Shown here piece by piece: positions 55,008-64,000 of a stretch of 64,000 nt of DNA. The stretch covers positions 52,514,001 through 52,578,000 of the forward strand of contig OX597831.1 of NCBI GenBank assembly GCA_951406725.2. Reading direction: 5' to 3'. The stretch's first letter is position 1. Each line of letters starts with the position of its first letter. The translations under genes and the position numbers were made by a program. The notes under the pieces were generated by a model, which saw nothing but the letters and a program-made list of their open reading frames with translations, did no database searches and was not told the DNA's origin. This DNA is from Octopus vulgaris. Its lineage: Eukaryota.

Positions 55008-55855
55008 ATACATGCTAGCATTGTCATCTACTGTTTCACTCTGATTCTATCTGAGAAACAACAATAAAGGTTACAAGGACTCAGTGGAAGACTCATTCAC
55101 TCCAACACTTGTTTAATGATTAAGTTGTTGAGTTGATCGAACAAATGAAACATTCAGAGATCCATCTGCTTTTTTTTGTTTGTTTTTTTTTTTAATGTCT
55201 TTTTTTCATTTTTCTTTTTCTGTATCATTTAAGACATTGAAAGCATGGCTGTGTGGTAAAGAAGCTCGCTTTGCAACCACGTGATTTGTAGTTCAGTCCC
55301 ACTGTGCGACTCCTTGGGCAAGTCTTTTGCTATAGCCCCTAGCCAAATAATGCCCTGAGTGTTAGTTTGTTTTCGTCAACGTAACCTAGCGGTTCGGCAA
55401 AAGATATGAATGGAATAAGAACCAGGCATAAAAGACACAAGTAGTTTTCTATTTGTTCGACTAGTAACCCTTCAACGTGGTGCTCCAGCATTGCCGCAGA
55501 TCATTTGCTACTGAAAGAAGTAAACGATAAAAAATAAAGAACAATGTAATATTTTTCATATGCATATATAGCATTATAAAAATTGTTGTTGCCATGGCGT
55601 ACAAGTTATAATATTGGTGGATGATAAGTCATTTAAAATAACATTTAATTACGTAACATTTATTTTTGGCATTTATATGAAATGTGATATTTTAAACTTT
55701 TTCTGAGCTAAATTTGTACCTATGACTTTATTTCCGTTTATCTCTTCAGAAAAATAATAGGAGTTTCAGAAATAAACTGCGAGACAAGAATATATGTAAC
55801 ATACATACATACATACATACATACATACATACATACATACATACATACATACATA

Positions 55856-56068
55856 GTTAATCCAAACAAGAAAGCACAAAAAAAACACAACAACGCGAGG
55901 ACGTGGAACAAATAAAGTATTATTGGACGCTCAGGAAAGAAGGAAAGAAGGAGGGTTTAACGTTTCGAGCGGAGCTCTTCGTCGGAAACATAGGAGAAGG
56001 AAAGATCCAGAGAAGGGAAGACAAAGAAAAACAATCGCCAACGGTACACACGAGGTCACATTTTGAAA
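55856..56068 (-). mobile_element. pLTR-like repeat family P3 with hammerhead-like motif
   Basis: Reverse-complement match to 60893-61080, including gtttccgacgaagagctccgctcgaaacgttaaac. Confidence 0.75.
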
Positions 56069-56069
56069 C

Positions 56070-56360
56070 ATACATACCGATGGGATATGATGTTGTAGCT
56101 AGGATATTCTATAATGAAATCCGTCGGAAGGATAACCCCGAGAACAAAGAAATAAGAACCCATAATATGGTAGAAGCCACAGTCACTCATGATAAAAAGG
56201 AATACTGGTGGAATGTACCAGTGAAGACCTCAATAAAATGTAAGCATAACAGACCTGATATAATGATTTGGGATAGAGAAGAGAAACTGTGCACAGTTGT
56301 GGAATTAGCTGCCCAGCGGATGTTAACACCTATGCTGAACTATTGAGAAATCTACAGTTA
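56070..56360 (+). mobile_element. R4/Dong-like restriction-like endonuclease fragment
   Basis: YDVVARIFYNEIR...EYWWNVPVKTSIKCKHNRPDIMIWDREEKLCTVVE/ISCPADVN matches the RHD...RPD...E motif of RLE non-LTR elements. Confidence 0.8.
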
Positions 56361-56639
56361 TGTATGTATGTATGTATGTATGTATGTATGTATGTATGTA
56401 TGTATGTATGTATGTATGTACGTATGTATGTATGCATGTATGTATGCATGTGTGTGTTTGTGTTTGTCTCCCAACTGATGTTGGTGTGTTTACGTCCCTG
56501 TAACTTAGTAGTCCGGCAAAAGATACCGATAGAATAAGTACCAGGCTTACAAAGAATAAGTCCTGTGGTCAATTCGACTGAAGGCGGTGCTCCAGCATGG
56601 CCGCAGTCAAATGGCTGATACAAGTAAAAGAGTTAAAAA

Positions 56640-56670
<31 letters not shown>

Positions 56671-56741
56671 TACATATATATATATATTCATATATATATA
56701 TAATATATGTATTTATGTATGTATGAATGTATGCATGTATG

Positions 56742-56811
<70 letters not shown>

Positions 56812-56949
56812 CACATACAGAATGCACACACTGTGTGGCCCTGATTCAATACTCAGCAGTCTTTTCTCGAACTGATCTGTCAAACATTTACAAATTACTG
56901 AGGAGAGCGCAAGTCAAGTTCGAATGCGTGACACGTGACTTCTCAAGAA

Positions 56950-57335
56950 GCTGTTTTCAGCTAACTCGCGGGAGGCCAGCGCGACCAAGGTGGACAGAAG
57001 AAGCATCTCAAAGATGCACTCAATCCCTCACTGAAGAGCTTTAAGATCAACCCCGACACGTAAGAAGCATAAGCACAAGACAGCCTTGCCTGGCGACGTT
57101 GTACCAACAGAGGTGCCACATCCTACGATCAGAACAGGATTGCAAAGGCACAAAGAAAACCGAACAGCACGAATCCAAAGCCAACTCCTTGTCTTCTGTC
57201 CCAGCGGACCACCAGTGCCCGACCCGCGGCAGAGCCTTTCGAGCACTCATCGAACTGATTGGCCACAGCCAAACACACCGTGCCACGTCTTCTATGTAAT
57301 TTCCATGGTCATCGTCGACCACGACGGACGAACTA
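56950..57335 (+). mobile_element. RTE (BovB/RTE-X-like) 3' end with decayed C2H2 finger
   Basis: LKSFKINPDT*EA*AQDSLAWR...HQCPTRGRAFRALIELIGHSQTHR then tcatcgtcgaccacgacggacgaac. Confidence 0.8.
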
Positions 57336-57694
57336 ATAGCACGTATCTGTCGAATACTCAGCCACTTGTTAATTCAGAAGCAGATTATTCAGTTGATCAA
57401 ACTCATGAATCCTCTTCATCGAACAGATGCTTACCAAGACTTTTCAGTTTCCTTTATGTTGTACTACAGAGCCAAGATCCTGTTTCTTACCCATTCTTTG
57501 GTGTCGTCAGTCCACAAACGTCTCTGACGGCCTCTTGCTCTCTTCACGTCCAATCTTCCTGTCAGTATACTCTTGGACAATGACTCGTAGGGCATCGTCG
57601 GTTCAAAATATGATACATTTATAGACTTGATTCTGGACAATAGGTGTCTTCGGGCTTTCGGCTTTTCTAGTACTGCTTAAATATAAATGTAATA

Positions 57695-58635
57695 ACGGTG
57701 AAGGCAATGTTTATTTGTAAAACAGAACAAAAGGAAGCTAATATAAAAATAGATGGACAGAGCTTTGAACAACTAAAAAAACTTCAAGTATTTAGGAGAA
57801 ATAAATCAGCAAGGTCACAGAGTACAAAAAGTTACTCCAAGAATTGTAGCAGGGATTCGAAACCGATTCTCTGGATATCTGGTCAGACATCACGACCGAA
57901 CCACGATAGTTTCACGCGATCGGTTTATTAAGCTACCAACCAGCGTGAAGCCATCGCATAATTCAATCTTATAGAATCTTCTTTTTTGTGTCCTTTAAAA
58001 GGCCGCTTTTGGCGGTAATTAATTACAGAATGCTGAGGCACCTGAGCGGTATATGTCTCCATACTTGCCACATCAGACGGCATACATTTTTACTAGCCAA
58101 ACGACCCAGGAAGGCGGGTAAGAAAGATAGCACAGATACATGACAGGAACCTCCGTTATCAAGAATATAGCACAACTGCTTCCAGTGCAAGCCGTATGTT
58201 GCCGTATCAACAGCTCGCCGTAAACTCCAAGCAGCAGTTCTTTCCCAGTATGTAATTATTGCTGTTGTTATCCGTAAAAGGCTAACGCAGTTGTCTGTAT
58301 GTGGGGTAATAAAATCGGTTAAATGTTCGCAGGAGTCGTTGACTTAATTCTACACGTAGCCCAAGAAACAAATTTTCATTCATCAAGAAAACCATTGACC
58401 ACAGCAGCCAGCACCAACACCCAGCGATAGAATGATAAGGCGAGAACAACATTTATAAGAATAAAAAATATTTTCACTTCAAAACACATAATATTGCATC
58501 TAAGACTGAAGCTAGTAAACAATTATATTATGCGAAGCGTCTACTAGTTCTCTACAAGGCAGAAATTGGACGATGTACAGAGCAATGGAAAAGAAGATAG
58601 AAGCATTTGAGATGTGGATCTTTCATAGAATGGGC
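57695..58635 (+). mobile_element. two short RTE RT-domain scraps (57695-57800, 58545-58635)
   Basis: KAMFICKTEQKEANIKIDGQSFEQLK../FKYLG and AEIGRCT/AMEKKIEAFEMWIFHRM; a further RTE 3' remnant at about 60030-60400. Confidence 0.6.
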
Positions 58636-59622
58636 AGTGTGTGTGTGTGTGTGAGAGAGAGAGAGATAGTGTGTGTGTGTGAATATGTACGTATGTTTGC
58701 CTGTACGCGAGAACACGCATATTCCATTGACAATTGCCAACGAACAAGCCACAAGCCAACCAACGAACCAACCATCCAAACAAGTATCTTCTCCTCGGAG
58801 AGTTATTAATACTTCCGGCAAAGAAGAAGATAAGCGAAACAAAATATCGAAGAAGAAATGATGAAGGCAATAGGAGGAAGAAGATAAAAATTGATGACAG
58901 AGAAAGAAAAAAGATAATAGACGGTAGCACTGAATATAGATTTTAGAAAGAAGATATAATAGGACCAAGAATAAAGGGGAATAACAAATTGTAATTCGAG
59001 ATATTTTGGGATTGTTCGGCGTTTTTATTTTAACACTTGCAGACGATTGCAACTGAAGATTTATTTAGATGTAACAATCTTTGTTGTGTTCAGTATAGGA
59101 AATTCATGGGTATGTGTGTGAGCGAGTGCGTGCGTGTATTCATGTATCTGTATCTGTGTACACAATGTGCTATATAAGTCAACAAATATTGAGATTTAAA
59201 TGGAGTGTGAAATTTTACTTATTTACGGATGTTAACGGAATTATTCATGCACAGTTTCAAGCTATGGCGGGGATGAAGTGTTTTATCGGATGACTAGGTT
59301 TGATTTAAGCACCGGTTATACAACCATTTGTCAGCGTTCAATCATCTGGACAAGAGAACATTAATAGGCCATATATGGACTTTGGAAGACAGTAATATTA
59401 AGTACAACATCAAATAATGAATGCTCTAGATGACGAAGCCATATATTATATGAACTAAATAGTGTAGTCTTTGCTTAACTGAGAGGGAACAAGATCCTAC
59501 GAAAAACAAAAGCCCTCAAAAATCCTAATATCTGCCTCAACTCAAGATAGCTTCCCAGGAGCAGATATATAGTAAATAACCGGAAATCCCAGCCTCGGGG
59601 CTGCAAACCACCTTTGACAGAC

Positions 59623-59727
<105 letters not shown>

Positions 59728-59801
59728 GGTAGGTAGGTAGGTAGGTAGGTAGATAGGTAGAGCGAGAGAGAGAGAGAGAGGGAGAGAAAGAGAGAGAAAG
59801 G

Positions 59802-59898
<97 letters not shown>

Positions 59899-60460
59899 CT
59901 ACTATACATATACACTACATATATACACTGAAGTTTCTGAAACAACCAATGTGTGCTACCTGCAGTTGTGTAAGGGAGTGGAAGATTGAAGGTCAGCGAG
60001 AGAATGAAAAACGAAAATCAGAACAATGAAGTATTCTAGGAAAAAGAAGAATGTTAAATATTATATTGAGAATGCAGAGATAAGACGGAATTAGAGATAA
60101 GGCGGAATATAGAAGTCAGAGATATACTTCAAGAAATAGCAGGAATAAAATGATGATGATGGGGCGATCATTCACTCAAAACAGAAGTCAATAGATGGGG
60201 AAGAACCATGGAGTAAATTCCACAAGAAGCGCGTAAGGAGAGGAGGGAGGGGAGGGATCAGACACAAAACGAGATGGAGAGACAACATAGAAGAATGCAT
60301 GAAGGAGATCACGGGAAATACATGACAGGTTTGAACGAGCAAGGTAATGGACAGGAGGGTGTGGAAGATGTTTGAAGACGGATACATCCAGCAGTACGCT
60401 GCAATATCGAAACAGAAATGAAGAAATATGCGTGTATACATAAGTATGTGAGAGTATGAA

Positions 60461-60830
60461 TCTATATATATAAAACTGAGAATGTGTGTATATCTGTCAG
60501 TATGTCGGTCTGTCTGCGTGTCTGTATGTGTGCATCACTAAAACTCGAGAACTACCCAACCGATTTCATTCAAGTTTTACACATTCTTTACTTAGGGTCC
60601 ATGCAGTGTCATGGGCCAAAATAAACTTCAACTTCTTGCCTAATGCGAGCTCGGAGCAATCTCTTATCTCTTACATTATTTCAGTATTATGTGTCAACAG
60701 TGAAGCAATAACAACTCTACTGTAATGTGTGATAATACTTTCACTTTTAATACTTTCACATTTAATACTTTCACATTTAATACTTTCAATATGTATGTAA
60801 TATATACATATTGAAACTAATCTGCATAAT
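60461..60830 (+). mobile_element. Helitron-like non-autonomous element 5' part
   Basis: A|TCtatatatataaaactg, short (GTCT)n-like tract, then aaccgatttcattcaagtttt, similar in layout to the 21493 end; 3' end uncertain. Confidence 0.55.
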
Positions 60831-60892
60831 GTGTATGTATATATATATATATGTGTGTGTGTGTGTATGAATGTAAATAATATATATATATA

Positions 60893-61078
60893 TTTTTTTT
60901 CCTCTGTCTTCCCTTCTTGGGATCTTTCCTTCTCCTTGTTTCCGACGAAGAGCTCCGCTCGAAACGTTAAACCCTCCTTCCCTTCTTTCCTGAGCGTCAA
61001 TAATACCTTAATTGTTCCACGTCCTCGCGTTGCTGTGTTTCTTTCTCTTTTTTTCTGTGTTTTCTTGTTTGGATTAAC

Positions 61079-61080
<2 letters not shown>
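60893..61080 (+). mobile_element. pLTR-like repeat family P3
   Basis: Bounded by (TA)n on both sides; copies at 14579 and 55856. Confidence 0.75.
60938..60972 (+). ncRNA. putative minimal type I hammerhead ribozyme (U4C core)
   Basis: gttt-CCGACGA-a-gagc(tcc)gctc-GAAA-cg-TT-aaac; identical motif on the minus strand at about 55955-55989. Confidence 0.65.
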
Positions 61081-61143
<63 letters not shown>

Positions 61144-63463
61144 TATACACAGACATATATGTACATACATATACATACATATATTTGTATACACATATGC
61201 ATATATGGGTACAATACGTCATAAAACGTAAACAACATGACATACGAAATACGAAAACATGGAATACGAACATTTTCAAAACTTGGTGCAAGTAGGAAAT
61301 CTGGTCAACAATTCTATTTTTAGCCTAGATTTATCCATGCGTGCAAATCTGCCCACACAGTTACAACGACTATTGTTTTCCAACCATTGAATTTGCTGTC
61401 AAAAGATCAATGACCTCGCTGATGTTTCTAGAACAATCTAGACGCTTTTAAGTCACGTGATTAATAGGTAACCGCTTGTTTAGTTGACTGTATGTCAGTC
61501 CAGCAATGGTCAGTTCAAAGCCACTTCTCTCTCACTCCTTCTCTCTCTCCCCCTCTCTTTCTCTGTCTATCTGTCTCTCTCTTCCTCTCTCTCTCTCTTA
61601 ATGTAGTTTAGCAAAGTAACAACACTCAAACAACACTAGAGACAGTCAGCCATTACGTAACTATTTACTATAAGCCTGAGCAGCCGTTGCTTAAATGAAA
61701 AATAGCTGGCGGTGAATAAAAAAATACATTAGAAATAACGAACGATATTTTTTATCTCCCTTTTCCTTCCTTCGGTTCAATTTTCATTCAATCTCAATGA
61801 AAAATTACTTCATGCTACCCACATGCTGCTCCTTCAGTAAGAAAAAGCAGAGAAAAAAAAACAGAAATTTCGTAAAAATATTGTTTATAGTTTAGGCTAC
61901 GTGGTGAAAATGGATATTCACTCAATGGTATTCGTTGTAAACACTCTTTTACAGAGCTTGATTTTTACCTCTTTTTTGACGAAAGCCCACCATGCGAAGC
62001 GTTAAGCATTCTTCTGTTTCTTCTCTACAACATAAAACTCAGTTAACCTTGCCCCATCCCTTCTCCGCAGTTCATTTATTTACTTATTTTGCTCCTGAAA
62101 GTACTTGGGGAGTCAGTTAACCCTACGAGCGCAGATAGTATGACGTCTGAGGAGAAAGAAAACAATAGTGAGCGTTTAGAAAGTAATTAAAACTACCTTT
62201 AAACAAAGAACATGAATACATTTGAAAAAACAACTAAGAAACTGAACATAAACACGAGTCGTACATACGTACGCACACACAGAAATACACTCCAACAATA
62301 AAATAAACTAAATGATAGCGGATAAAATAAATGCTGGATCGTGGCTTACACTAAAATCGTCTGCTGTCTTCCATTACATTTGACTCGAGAGAACGAGTAT
62401 TAAATGGTTATATTGAGATCGTTGGTGACCTTATGTGAACTTGTGACCTAGTCTTATCACCAATATCATACCACCACAGATTCTGCTGCACACCGTGACC
62501 TGCCAACATAATGAGATTTGGAAATCTAAGCTATAATTTGGCAGTTTTTCATCTCTCTACAGGCGCCGAAGAGCCTGGCACGGATCAGCTAAACGTGCCG
62601 AACTCATCAAGCTCACCTCCTTTCTCTCTCTCTCTCTCTCACTCCCTCTCTCTCCTTCCGTCCTTTTTCTCTTTCTCTCACTTTCTCTCTCTCTTTCTCT
62701 CTCTTCTCTCTCTCTCACTTTCCCTCTGTTACTCTTCTTCTCTCTCTCCCTCTTTCTTTCTCTCTCTTCTCTCTCTCTCTCACTTTCTCCCTGTCTCTAT
62801 TCCTCCCTTTATCTCTCTCTTCTTTCTCTTTTTTTTCCTTCCTTTTATTTCTTTACTTTCTATAATGGTTCTGCTTCCTCAACCTTTCTTTGCCCCATTC
62901 TCCAACCGCTCTCGGAGCATATCTCTTTAAAGACATGTTATAACGATTTCAATCAATCTCGTACATTACTGGTAAATATTTCATCGATCTTCGAGAAATG
63001 AAATGCATGAAATTGAACCAGCTGCGCTGTTCCCGTACCATTCGCATATCGATGTGTATGAATATATGCATTTGCTCACACACACACACACACACATATA
63101 TGGATAGGATGTGTGTATTCAGATAGCTATATGTATGTATGCATGTGCGTATACATACATACATACATACATACATACATACATACATACATACATACAT
63201 ACATACATACATACATACATACATACATACATACTTTTTGGGTCTTTTGCTTATTTCCCTTATATATCTCTTACATCTTTTATCTTCTGCGTGTTCCCGT
63301 GATTAGGCTGCTGCCATACTGAAGCACCTTGAAGAATTTTTTTTATCGAATGAGTCGACTGGTACTTACTCTATCGTCTCTTTGCCAAACCGCTAAGTTA
63401 CGGGGACGTAAACACATCAACACTGGCTCTCAAGCGAGGACAATAACAGACACACACTCACAC

Positions 63464-63554
<91 letters not shown>

Positions 63555-63735
63555 CGACGGGCTTCTTTCAGTTTCCGTTAACCAAATTCACTCACGAGGC
63601 TTTGGTCGGCCCTACTCTATAGTATAAAACACTTGCCCAAAGTGCTACGCAGTGGAGCTGAACACAAAACCATTTGGTGGTGAAGCAAATTTCTTACCAC
63701 ACAACCACTCTTGCACTATATAAATATATCTATAA

Positions 63736-63794
<59 letters not shown>

Positions 63795-63804
63795 TGTATG
63801 TATG

Positions 63805-63867
<63 letters not shown>

Positions 63868-63871
63868 GCAT

Positions 63872-64000
63872 CCTGAAAGGCAGTCTGGGTCAAATGCTTC
63901 TTTTGACTGTCTCCGCACGTATACTCGGCCGATAGTAGAAATAAGGTAAAGGATGAAGAGTCCGAGAAAATAACATTCTTCCACTGCTCTAGGGACCAAT
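63872..64000 (-). mobile_element. Tc1-like transposase fragment (runs off window end)
   Basis: [13 protein letters not shown] / SSFTL / [20 protein letters not shown] matches Tc1 'W..V.FSDES.F...VWR...EAY.PDCL' with frameshifts. Confidence 0.8.

Overview
This is AT-rich, repeat-saturated animal DNA. The SINE types, extreme (TA)n/(TACA)n/(GATA)n/(TG)n density and TE mix suggest a cephalopod (Octopus-like), which is an inference. Most ORFs in the supplied track are microsatellite translation artefacts. The only convincing host-gene signal is one 137-nt internal exon (25179-25315, +) encoding a transmembrane segment resembling UNC-93-like MFS proteins, so the window is probably mostly giant introns. 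The rest is decayed mobile DNA: three or four tRNA-derived SINE types, RTE, R4/Dong-like and Tx1-like LINE remnants, mariner (DD34D), maT (DD37D) and Tc1 relics, and several non-autonomous Helitrons, one carrying a piggyBac fragment and a 116-bp tandem array. The most interesting signal is a set of short Penelope-type (pLTR-like) repeats, mostly next to (TA)n, found as hairpins or partial tandems. Several carry minimal type I hammerhead-ribozyme folds with family-specific non-canonical cores (G3-C8 swap, A6U, U4C). No prokaryotic genes, CRISPR arrays, rRNA or genuine tRNA genes were seen. All calls were made by eye and coordinates of degraded elements are approximate.
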